Below are positions 27,464 to 36,215 of a stretch of 64,000 nt of DNA, one piece after another. The stretch is taken from assembly GCA_013151735.1 (NCBI GenBank), contig JAADHR010000017.1:30138-94137 (forward strand). Direction: 5' to 3'. The DNA is from Calditrichota bacterium. GTDB lineage: Bacteria; Zhuqueibacterota; JdFR-76; BMS3Abin05. A program made the translations under genes and the position numbers. The notes beneath the pieces were generated by a model. The model was not told the origin of the DNA. It did no database searches and saw only the letters and a list, made by a program, of their open reading frames with translations. Numbering within the stretch: position 1 is the first letter of the stretch; each line of letters begins with the position of its first letter.

Positions 27464-28513
27464 ATGGCGATGGAAAAAATGAACCTAAAGGGGATGACGC
27501 TCTCTGAGCTTGAGCATTTTGTGAACGCGACCGGGATTGAGCCGTATCGGGCGCGCCAGATTTTTCAATGGATTTACAATAAGAATGCGACCTCATTTGA
27601 GGAAATGACCAATCTCAGCAAAAGTCTTCGGCAAAAACTATCTGAAAAAGCGGATATCCCCACACTTAAAATCCTTCGGTTAAATCGCTCAACCCAGAGC
27701 GGAACCGTTAAATTTCTTTTTCAATTACCCGATGGCGAAGCCATAGAAAGTGTTTACATGCCCGACGGCGGCCGCCGCACGGTGTGCGTGTCGTCCCAAG
27801 TGGGGTGTGCCCTGCGGTGCCGCTTTTGCCGAACCGGCCAAATGGGACTCAAACGCAACCTGCAGGTCTGGGAAATCGTGGATCAGGTATTGGCTGTGGA
27901 ACGGGAGTTGGGCGTCCGGGTGACAAACATTGTGTTAATGGGAATGGGAGAGCCCTTTCACAATTATGAAAACGTCCTTCGTGCAGCCGAATTGTTTTCA
28001 CACCCTGAAGGATTGTCCATCGGGCAGCGAAAAATTACCCTTTCTACCAGCGGGGTGGTCCCGGCCATCCGGCGCTTCACGCGTGAAAATCGACGCTTTA
28101 AGCTGGCTGTTTCCCTGAATGCCACAACCGATTCGGTGCGAAGCGACCTGATGCCCATTAATAAAAAATATCCGCTTTCCGACGTGCTGGACGCGGTGCG
28201 CGACTATTCCCGCGCGTCCCGCCATCGCGTGACCTTCGAATATGTGCTGATTGCGGGGAAAAATGATTCCGTGGACGATGCCCGCCGGCTCCGACGGCTG
28301 CTCAACGGTATCCGCTGCAAGATTAATCTGATTCCTTACAATCCCGCACTTCCGGAATTCCGCGCACCCGATGAAGAAACCATGAATCGTTTTATCCGGG
28401 AATTGCTGGATTTTCCGGCTCCGGTGACCGTACGCAGAAGCAATGGAGAGGATATTGACGCCGCTTGCGGGCAATTGCTCGTAAAAAATGAAGATTTTGT
28501 AAAAATTACTTGA
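27464..28513 (+). CDS. rlmN: 23S rRNA/tRNA adenosine-C2 methyltransferase (radical SAM)
   Basis: CALRCRFCRTG radical-SAM cysteine motif with RlmN/Cfr family length and pattern. 349 aa. Confidence 0.9.
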   Translation: MAMEKMNLKGMTLSELEHFVNATGIEPYRARQIFQWIYNKNATSFEEMTNLSKSLRQKLSEKADIPTLKILRLNRSTQSGTVKFLFQLPDGEAIESVYMPDGGRRTVCVSSQVGCALRCRFCRTGQMGLKRNLQVWEIVDQVLAVERELGVRVTNIVLMGMGEPFHNYENVLRAAELFSHPEGLSIGQRKITLSTSGVVPAIRRFTRENRRFKLAVSLNATTDSVRSDLMPINKKYPLSDVLDAVRDYSRASRHRVTFEYVLIAGKNDSVDDARRLRRLLNGIRCKINLIPYNPALPEFRAPDEETMNRFIRELLDFPAPVTVRRSNGEDIDAACGQLLVKNEDFVKIT

Positions 28514-28657
28514 TTTTTTTAGATAAAGTTCTTAAGTTGCCCTGTAAAGCAGCTATTGCTAAGGTGTTTTTGGAATATTTTGTACCCGGGTTGGGGATGG
28601 GGAGTTGAAAATTGTGATACAACGGATCGATTTGTATTTTTGAAAAGGATGATTGGA

Positions 28658-29641
28658 ATGAATGACTTCCTGCAAAATTTCCGAATGGCAAAATACAGAT
28701 TCCTCTTACGGCCGCGAGATTATCTAAAGCTCTCCCATTACGCCGGAAGCTCGCTTCGCAGAGATTTTATTGATGTGTTCAAGGAAATCAGTTGCACGGA
28801 AAATGAAGTCTCCTGTAAATCCTGTCCCAAAAAGGGTGAATGTGCCTACTATCACGTGATAGAAGGCGGGGTTAAAAAGGACTACGGTGATCTGGCCAAA
28901 CGCTTCCAAACGCCACCCAAACCCTTTGTTTTTGAACCTCCCCTGAGCCGAAAGACCTTCTACAGCATGAATGAGGATATTGCATTCGATCTTATTTTGA
29001 TCGGGAAGGCCCTTGAGTATTTTCCCTATTTTGTGGCCACCATGCGCAAAATCGGTGAGATGGGGATGGGACGAAACCGCGGAAAATTTACCATTCGAAA
29101 AATCTTGGGTATAAATCTGAAAACGAATTATGTGGTCAGTGAGTATTCGTTTGCGCCATCAGAGGAATCGTTCGACCGGGATATTTCTGTTTCTTTGGAG
29201 GATATCTACAAAAAGAATATCTGGAAAAACAACGACCCGCTGGGAGGCGTGGAAGTTACATTTTTGACCCCCTTGCGGATGAAGCGCGTGGGATACACCA
29301 ATTGGCATTTGTATTTTCGGACGCTGATTAAGAATATTCTGTCGCGTGTCTCAATCTTAAATTATTTCCACAATAATTATCCGGATTTGGTTGAATTCCC
29401 GGAGCTTGTTGAAAATGCCCGCAGTATTCGGATTTCAGAGGATAATTTGATCTGGGACGATTGGCGGAATCCCCGCAAGCGGGATGACTCAAACCACAAA
29501 TTGGGCGGCTACCTGGGCGACATTTCTTACACCGGGAATTTGGAAGAGTACTGGCCCCTGCTCAAAATTGCAGAAATCTTGCACGTGGGAAAAAATTGCG
29601 GGTTTGGAATGGGACGAATTCTGGTGGAAGCCAATAAATAG
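28658..29641 (+). CDS. Hypothetical protein with a Cys4 knuckle and two Gly-rich loops; possible orphan RAMP/Cas6-like RNA-binding protein
   Basis: Start at the ATG with an AAGGA RBS 8 nt upstream. The N-terminus (KYRFLLRP..LKLSHYAGSSLRRDFIDVF) resembles the Cas6 N-terminal pattern. Contains C-x6-C-x2-C-x5-C. Two glycine-rich segments (IGEMGMGRNRGKF and a C-terminal VGKNCGFGMGRIL) resemble the RAMP G-rich loop. Confidence 0.5.
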   Translation: MNDFLQNFRMAKYRFLLRPRDYLKLSHYAGSSLRRDFIDVFKEISCTENEVSCKSCPKKGECAYYHVIEGGVKKDYGDLAKRFQTPPKPFVFEPPLSRKTFYSMNEDIAFDLILIGKALEYFPYFVATMRKIGEMGMGRNRGKFTIRKILGINLKTNYVVSEYSFAPSEESFDRDISVSLEDIYKKNIWKNNDPLGGVEVTFLTPLRMKRVGYTNWHLYFRTLIKNILSRVSILNYFHNNYPDLVEFPELVENARSIRISEDNLIWDDWRNPRKRDDSNHKLGGYLGDISYTGNLEEYWPLLKIAEILHVGKNCGFGMGRILVEANK

Positions 29642-29793
29642 ACTCCGGACAAAGTCCGCGTGGGTTCATACGAACAGAATTGAGTTAGAGATTACGGGTT
29701 TTCGTTCGAACAGAACGCGGCTGTTTTTCGGCTGAAGCACGCGGGGGAGTCTTATTGCTAAAAGTTCGGAATGAGCGGCTCTTGAGCCGGAAT

Positions 29794-30480
29794 TTATAAA
29801 AATGTGCCCAAACCGTTCTGTTTTGTTTTTCGCCACATGCCTGCAATATCCCGCTGGTACGGGTGATTGAAAGTACCCGGCCAGGACTCAATGACCAGCG
29901 AAATTTTTTGAAAGTCACCCAATTCAAATAAACTTTCCAACAGGCCCAGAACGGCCCCCCAGTGGGTCGGGTGCAAATGAAGAATTTTCCTGAAATCCGA
30001 AATGGCACCGCGGAAATCTCCCATTTCCTTCCTGACCCATCCCCTGTAATAGAAATATCTTGTTTTGGGCTGGACCAGTCGGATGAGCTGATTGAGAAGT
30101 TTGCTTGCCTGCGTGAGAAAATAGGTGCGGTTCTCAGGAACATGGGGCCAGATTTGCGAATAGCGTAAAAACACAACGGCCAGGGCCAGCTGGTACCCCG
30201 GATAATCGGGTTCCCGACGCATTTTTTGGCGAATTTTGTAGATTCGTTTTCGAAACTGGACATCCAGTGTGTCCAATTCACCCTTTGCCGCAATTTTAAA
30301 TGTCAGATTGGAATGTCTGGAGAGCCGATGCAATTCCTGGATCGCCAGCGCATAAAAGGGCCGCCGCAATTGATGAATACCCTGAACCCTTTGCTCAGAA
30401 TTTTTGCTGAGAAGCAGATCCGTAGTTACGCCGATTGGATCCGAAAGATTAGCTTGAGTAAACGGTTTTTCCTGGGGCAT
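29794..30480 (-). CDS. Hypothetical protein, helical repeat (TPR-like)
   Basis: 228-aa ORF at the end of the minus-strand operon, overlapping the upstream gene's 3' end. No recognisable catalytic motifs. Confidence 0.45.
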   Translation of the reverse strand: MPQEKPFTQANLSDPIGVTTDLLLSKNSEQRVQGIHQLRRPFYALAIQELHRLSRHSNLTFKIAAKGELDTLDVQFRKRIYKIRQKMRREPDYPGYQLALAVVFLRYSQIWPHVPENRTYFLTQASKLLNQLIRLVQPKTRYFYYRGWVRKEMGDFRGAISDFRKILHLHPTHWGAVLGLLESLFELGDFQKISLVIESWPGTFNHPYQRDIAGMWRKTKQNGLGTFL

Positions 30481-31888
30481 GGCGGCGACTCATTTTTTCA
30501 AGAATTTTTGCATGGATTTGCAAAACCTCCAAAACCTGCTTCATCATGACCTTGGAGGATTCGTAATCGGGTTCGAATACGCTGAACCCGTAATCAAATT
30601 TTCGTTTTTCATTGTCTGGGCCGGCAAGATAATTCAGTCTCTTGTTTAAACGATTTAAAATACCGGACATCTCGTAAAAGCCCGTAAAGGGAAGAATTAT
30701 CCAGATCAGGCTGCGCGGCTTGTCCACATAAATCTGATCCAGTTCCCGGATTTCAGTCTGAATCGATTGGGTTAATTCGGCAACGGAAAGGTCAGGCACG
30801 CCCGTCTGTGTCCGAATGGCGATGAGTGAGAAGGATGACTGGAAACGCCTGGCTCGCCGAAACTCGCTTTCGACAAGTGAGAGAAAATCGTAGGGAGACT
30901 GAATAATCTGCTGCCAGAGGGGTCGTTTCCTGTCTCTGGATTCCTGCACCTCCCGGGTAACAGCCAGGGCCAGTTCAGCCATTTTTCTAATGTAATTCAG
31001 GGCCTGTAAGGTCCGCTGGTGCAGAAGCGCAAAAGGCATTTTATCCACGCTGATCAGGTACTTTGCTTGACCCGCCTCGCGGATCGGAATGTAAATGAGC
31101 CCCCGGTGTGACGCCTTTTTCCACTCGGAAAAAAGGGCGTCATTTTTGGATATGTCGGCTATGGAAAAGATTCTCTCCCCTTCTGAAATTCTTTTTAGAA
31201 AGGGGTTGGATTCCAGGGAAATAGCCTTCTTCTGGCCCGCCTCTTTTGCTTTTTCCGGAATCAGGGTGTGATCCTCTACCCGAAAGATTACCAATTCCTG
31301 CGCCCGGGTGATTCGGCTTACACTCTGGTAAAGGGCCCGGGTAAAATCCGGGCGTGATGTCAGAAACGATCGAAATATCTTGTACACCAGCGAAAAGGTG
31401 TATTCCTGGTTTCGAATCAACCGTTCCAGATTTTCAGATTTGATCCGCTGCTTTTGCAGTTCGCGGTGAAGCACCTCGGAACGTTTTTCTGACCGGGTCT
31501 GTTTAGTCTTCAGTGAAATTTGTTTGTCTTTTGTCTGGGTGTAATAAATGAAGAGGAGACCGAAAATGGCCAACATATCCAGAGTTGGCGGAACGGCATA
31601 CCGCAGCCAGCTGGTAAGCGGACCGTTTGGAAAATAAAAGAAAAAATAGTGAGAAATCAAAAAGGCTGGAACTGCGGCCAATGCCGCCCAGAAAAATTTG
31701 TCCCTTTTAAGAAAAAGCGCTCCATAGACCATCCAAACCATGTAGAGATGATAAGAACCCAAAACCCTCCAGAAATGATCCGGTGTTCTAATGAGTGAAA
31801 TCAACACAACGGACAGAGAGAATCCCGTGAGGAGAATCAAAATCTCCATCTGTGTGACAGATTTTTTTGGGGGTGCACTTGTTTTCAT
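30449..31888 (-). CDS. Membrane protein with a cytoplasmic GAF-like region and a degenerate (non-catalytic) GGDEF-like domain
   Basis: N-terminal TM helices. The C-terminal region (RFQSSFSLIAIRTQ...RSLIWIILPFTG) aligns to the GGDEF fold but lacks the GG[DE]EF motif. Confidence 0.5.
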   Translation of the reverse strand: MKTSAPPKKSVTQMEILILLTGFSLSVVLISLIRTPDHFWRVLGSYHLYMVWMVYGALFLKRDKFFWAALAAVPAFLISHYFFFYFPNGPLTSWLRYAVPPTLDMLAIFGLLFIYYTQTKDKQISLKTKQTRSEKRSEVLHRELQKQRIKSENLERLIRNQEYTFSLVYKIFRSFLTSRPDFTRALYQSVSRITRAQELVIFRVEDHTLIPEKAKEAGQKKAISLESNPFLKRISEGERIFSIADISKNDALFSEWKKASHRGLIYIPIREAGQAKYLISVDKMPFALLHQRTLQALNYIRKMAELALAVTREVQESRDRKRPLWQQIIQSPYDFLSLVESEFRRARRFQSSFSLIAIRTQTGVPDLSVAELTQSIQTEIRELDQIYVDKPRSLIWIILPFTGFYEMSGILNRLNKRLNYLAGPDNEKRKFDYGFSVFEPDYESSKVMMKQVLEVLQIHAKILEKMSRRHAPGKTVYSS

Positions 31889-31925
31889 TCACATATTCGC
31901 ACGTTTTAAGTCTTCTTTCAATCGG

Positions 31926-32405
31926 TCAGAATTGCGTTTCAATTCTTTGAATAAAATCCAAATCCGAGAAGGACTGGTTTGCGTCATCCGGATTATTTAA
32001 TTCTTCAGCCGAATGAAACTCGTTTTCCAGGGATGAATCCAATGAATAAATCGGAATTAATTCATCAATTTGTGTAATTCTGAAAATTCTGAGAAGGGAG
32101 GGCTTCAATCCCAAAAGATAGAATGGACGGTTTTCACTATCCAGACGATCGTGCAGGGTAATAATAAAGGCAAGCCCCCTGCTGTCGATGCTTTCCACAT
32201 TGGACAGATCAAAAATAAGGGTGCCCGAATGCGGAAGAACGGCCATCAGACTGCGGTAAACCAGTGGAACGGTTTTTTCGGTGAGACGAAGAAGATGCGG
32301 AAAGCCAATAATAACCCCGTCGGCGGATTCCCGAATGCGTGCTTCGAGCAATTTGGAATGAGGGGATTGTTTTTCATTGGTGTAGTAAATGGTTCGTGAT
32401 GCCAT
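31926..32405 (-). CDS. STAS domain protein (anti-sigma-factor antagonist-like)
   Basis: TLIFDLSNVESIDSRGLAFIITLHDRL is a typical STAS (SpoIIAA-like) core. 159 aa. First gene of the minus-strand operon. Confidence 0.6.
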   Translation of the reverse strand: MASRTIYYTNEKQSPHSKLLEARIRESADGVIIGFPHLLRLTEKTVPLVYRSLMAVLPHSGTLIFDLSNVESIDSRGLAFIITLHDRLDSENRPFYLLGLKPSLLRIFRITQIDELIPIYSLDSSLENEFHSAEELNNPDDANQSFSDLDFIQRIETQF

Positions 32406-32635
32406 AATTGCCTCTTTTTTACCCCGCTAATTTTATGAAATTTTCAGTACTTATTTGTTGCCGAAGTTGCTTTTTGCGCGTTTTAAAGAAATTGACCCAG
32501 AGGGTGGATTCAGCATGTGCTGTGCCCATATTTATTATCGGCAAAAAGAAAATGGACTTTAAAATTAATTGAAAATAATAAGTTATGGACAAAGATGTCG
32601 AATGACTAACCGCTGTAAAAAGGAGGGTGTAAATG

Positions 32636-32674
32636 AAAAGTCCCCGGTACGCCCAAAGCACCGGGGACTTTTGA
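32636..32674 (-). terminator. Rho-independent terminator, best read on the minus strand downstream of the NhaD-family gene
   Basis: AGTCCCCGGT-11 nt-ACCGGGGACT is a perfect 10-bp stem. The minus-strand reading is followed by TTTTCATTT. Lies 20 bp past the gene's stop. Confidence 0.7.
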
Positions 32675-32692
32675 AATATCAAACAGATGCGG

Positions 32693-34240
32693 TTATCGCA
32701 GGAAAACAAGTGTGCTGAGAATGAAAACAGGGATGAGAATGGCGATTGACCACAGCATGTAGCCAAAAAAACTGGGCATTTTGACGCCGTTTTCTTCGGA
32801 AATGGATTTGACCATAAAATTAGGGGCATTTCCAATGTACGTCATCGCGCCCATAAACACGGCGCCGGTCGCAATGGCTTGCAGGTACTCGTGATGTTCC
32901 GCAATGAGGCGTCCGACGGCGATGCTTTCAGGGATGCCCGCGTAGAACTTACCCAGCGCTGTACTGAAAAAGGTCAGATACGTTGGAGTGTTGTCCAGGA
33001 AGCTGGAAAGGGAGCCGGTGGCCCAGAAATAATGCCAGGGTTCCTTAACGGCCCGGATGAGGAAGCCGAGGTTTCCGCTTTCACCGGCACGCAGTAAAAT
33101 GAGTGCCGGAACAATCGTGATGAAAATACCGGCGAATAAATAGGCCACCTCTTTGATGGGAAACCAGGTGAATCCGTTGTCCTTGTGTATTTGATGGGGT
33201 GTAAACCGAAAAGAAATCAATCCCATTAAAATCAGAAAGGCGTCGCGAATCAGGTCCTGTCCCTTGACCGGGATGCCGAGAATAGAAACCTCCCCCATGT
33301 GAACAAGCCCGCTAAACAGGACGCCTCCAATAATTCCGAGAAGCAGAAACCCGTTTGGCAAACCCCGAATTCGGAAGCGCTCTTTTATGCGCTCTTCTTT
33401 GTGTTCAGCCTTATTGTAACGGGTGATCACTTCATCAATTTCAATGTCTCCCTTTTCTTTGGTTCGATCGGTCAGGATAATCTCTTTGATGTGGACATCC
33501 AATTTTGAAAGCCCTTCTTTGCGATAGAAATAGGAATCGATAAGATAATATAGAATCAGCAAAATTGCTGAGACAAAGAACATGTCGGGAAAAATCTTAA
33601 ATGTCCAAAAAAACGGGACCCCGTGTAAAAATCCAATAAAAAGCGGCGGGTCGCCAAGAGGAGTCAGTGATCCCCCAATATTGCTGACCAGGAAAATAAA
33701 GAAAATGATGGTGTGCATTTTTGCCTTTCGGATTCGATTAATTCGCAACAGGGGGCGAATTAACAAAACAGATGCTCCCGTTGTGCCAATCCATGAGGCA
33801 AGAAAGGTACCAACAAAGAGAAGCAGCACATTAAGTCCGGGGCTCCCCCAAAGAGCGCCCTGGATGAGAATTCCACCGGTCACCGTAAACAGGGACCAAA
33901 GCAAAATAATAAAAGGGATATAATCGCGGATAATGGTGTGAAGCAGCTCATGCCAGGCCTCTCCCTTAAAAAATATTAGAAAAGGAACCGCCAAAATAAT
34001 TGCCCAGAGTGCCGAAATTTTTCCGAAATTGTGATGCCAGAAATCCGGGGCAAAGAGTGGAAAAAGTGCAATGGAAAGCAAAATGCCGGCAAACGGAATA
34101 ATACTCCAGATGGGCAATTCGCTCCCCAATTTTTCTATTTCCTGTGCTTCCGATTCCTGTCCAAACGAAATGCCTGCCGTGCTTAAAACAACCAAAATGG
34201 CTATGAAAAACACCTGAAAAAAAATAGTTGAACGCTTCAC
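32693..34240 (-). CDS. ArsB/NhaD superfamily permease (Na+/H+ antiporter NhaD-like)
   Basis: 515 aa with about 12-13 TM helices. Matches the ion-transporter superfamily pattern with duplicated halves. Confidence 0.75.
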   Translation of the reverse strand: MKRSTIFFQVFFIAILVVLSTAGISFGQESEAQEIEKLGSELPIWSIIPFAGILLSIALFPLFAPDFWHHNFGKISALWAIILAVPFLIFFKGEAWHELLHTIIRDYIPFIILLWSLFTVTGGILIQGALWGSPGLNVLLLFVGTFLASWIGTTGASVLLIRPLLRINRIRKAKMHTIIFFIFLVSNIGGSLTPLGDPPLFIGFLHGVPFFWTFKIFPDMFFVSAILLILYYLIDSYFYRKEGLSKLDVHIKEIILTDRTKEKGDIEIDEVITRYNKAEHKEERIKERFRIRGLPNGFLLLGIIGGVLFSGLVHMGEVSILGIPVKGQDLIRDAFLILMGLISFRFTPHQIHKDNGFTWFPIKEVAYLFAGIFITIVPALILLRAGESGNLGFLIRAVKEPWHYFWATGSLSSFLDNTPTYLTFFSTALGKFYAGIPESIAVGRLIAEHHEYLQAIATGAVFMGAMTYIGNAPNFMVKSISEENGVKMPSFFGYMLWSIAILIPVFILSTLVFLR

Positions 34241-34625
34241 CTGTTTTCCCTTTTGTTTGGTTCGGATTGCTTTGTTTTAAAAGTAAATTAAAATCACAAA
34301 AAATAAAAAGTTAGATTTACAAAGAAATTTCTAACCAATATAATTTTTTCAATTGAAAAAATCAATAGATTTTGTTGAGTTTATCGGCAGAAATTAAATT
34401 TTTTAATAGAGAAAAAACAATTAATGAGAAAATAGGAGTGTGTTCGGGGGGAGATTCCAATGAATTGGAGTGATTTTACAGGGGCTGACCTGCTCGTTGG
34501 ACGTTTAATATCAACGCTTTTTGGTGGGCGGCAGACGCATTCAATAAAAAAATTTTTTCTTGAAGTGACGGAAAAAAATTCATATATTTCAGACAACGGA
34601 GTCTTAAAACTTGAATGGAGAAAAC

Positions 34626-35093
34626 ATGTTGTTTTCCAAAACATCATCCTACGGCATTCGAGCCGTTCTCTATTTAACTCTGCATGTGAATCGCCCCTTT
34701 GTTCTGATTCGGGAAATCGCCAGCGAGCTGGATATTTCATATCATTTTTTGGGTAAAATATTTCAGACACTCATTCAGGCCGGATTAATTATTTCATACA
34801 AAGGGCCAAACGGCGGCGTAAAACTTGCCCGAAAACCAACGGACCTTTTTTTGATTGATGTTATCCGGGCCATTGACGGGGCGGATTTGTTCAAAAAATG
34901 TGTCATTGGTTTAAATGAATGTTCCGATAGTCATCCCTGTCCGCTGCACCAACAATGGTCGGCAATCCGTTCGAAAATTTATGAAATGCTGAGCAAAACG
35001 AATTTTTCACAATTGGCACAAAACACAGCGACCTTTAATTTTCGCATTAAAAATGAAAAAGCAGAAGAAAACAGAGCAGATCGAAAAAGATAG
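34626..35093 (+). CDS. Rrf2 family transcriptional regulator with an Fe-S ligand set (IscR/NsrR-like)
   Basis: N-terminal wHTH (SSYGIRAVLYL). C-x6-C-x5-C-x2-H (CVIGLNECSDSHPCPLH) matches the IscR-type cluster ligands. Confidence 0.8.
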   Translation: MLFSKTSSYGIRAVLYLTLHVNRPFVLIREIASELDISYHFLGKIFQTLIQAGLIISYKGPNGGVKLARKPTDLFLIDVIRAIDGADLFKKCVIGLNECSDSHPCPLHQQWSAIRSKIYEMLSKTNFSQLAQNTATFNFRIKNEKAEENRADRKR

Positions 35094-35101
35094 AGAGAAC
35101 T

Positions 35102-36184
35102 ATGGAGAAAGAATCTCAATCGGACGCACGGGAAAAAAAGGACGGGGGGAAAATTACAAAAAGGGGGTTGAGGGGGCGGCTGGATGCTTTGGATGGTCAA
35201 AAATTAAGGCTGTCCGTACAAATAATTTTTATGCTGGCCACACTTTACACCGGTTGGCGGTTTGTAGAATTTGTTCACTATTTGCGTTTCGGGGGGACGC
35301 CCGTCACACGCCCGCCCGGCGTTGAAGCTTTTTTGCCCCTGAGTTCGCTGATCAGCCTGAAATATTGGATTCTGACTGGCATCTACAATTCCATTCATCC
35401 GGCCGGACTGGCCATTTTTATTGCCATTTTGTTGATGGGAATTTTGCTGAAACGCAGCTTTTGCACGTGGGTGTGTCCTATCGGTTTTTTGTCGGAATAC
35501 CTGTGGAAGACCGGCCGCAAACTTTTCGGCCGGAATGTGATGCTTCCCAAAATTCTGGACTATCCCCTGCGCAGCATCAAGTATCTGTTGCTCATTTTTT
35601 TCGCCTGGGGGATTCTGGTCAAAATGAGTGTGTTTGTTCTTCGCTCGTTTATTTACAGCCCCTACAACAAAATTGCAGATATCAAAATGCTCATGTTTTT
35701 TGAACATCTCTCGAGTTTTTCATTCTGGGTGCTTGTTGGGCTGGTGGTGCTTTCGATCCCCATCAAAAATTTCTGGTGCCGGTACCTTTGTCCCTACGGG
35801 GCACTGCTCGGTTTTTTAAGCCTTTTCAGTCCCGTAAGGATCACGCGCAATCCCGAAACCTGTATCGATTGCGGCCTGTGTACAGAAGCCTGTCCGGCCA
35901 ACATTCAGGTGCACCGGCTGAAGCGTGTGCGTTCGGATGAATGTACAACCTGTCTGCGGTGTACGGCGGTGTGTCCGGTGGAAAACACGCTTGATTTGCG
36001 ATTGCCGGCTAAAAGAAAGCCAATCCGGCCGTGGGTCTACGCGCTGGCCATCGTACTGACCTTTGTGGTTGTAACCGGCCTAGCGCGTCTGACCGGGCAC
36101 TGGAAAAATAAAATCTCCACGCAGGAATACCGTGCGCGGCTGCAAGAAATTAATCAGCCCATTTACAATCACACGGGAGAATAA
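35102..36184 (+). CDS. Membrane-bound polyferredoxin, NapH/MauN/RdxA-like
   Basis: TM helices with two CxxxCP motifs (CTWVCPIG, CRYLCPYG) and two C-terminal CxxCxxCxxxCP 4Fe-4S motifs (CIDCGLCTEACP, CTTCLRCTAVCP). Confidence 0.75.
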   Translation: MEKESQSDAREKKDGGKITKRGLRGRLDALDGQKLRLSVQIIFMLATLYTGWRFVEFVHYLRFGGTPVTRPPGVEAFLPLSSLISLKYWILTGIYNSIHPAGLAIFIAILLMGILLKRSFCTWVCPIGFLSEYLWKTGRKLFGRNVMLPKILDYPLRSIKYLLLIFFAWGILVKMSVFVLRSFIYSPYNKIADIKMLMFFEHLSSFSFWVLVGLVVLSIPIKNFWCRYLCPYGALLGFLSLFSPVRITRNPETCIDCGLCTEACPANIQVHRLKRVRSDECTTCLRCTAVCPVENTLDLRLPAKRKPIRPWVYALAIVLTFVVVTGLARLTGHWKNKISTQEYRARLQEINQPIYNHTGE

Positions 36185-36215
36185 ACCAATCATCCAAAAA
36201 ACCGAGGAAAAGAAA

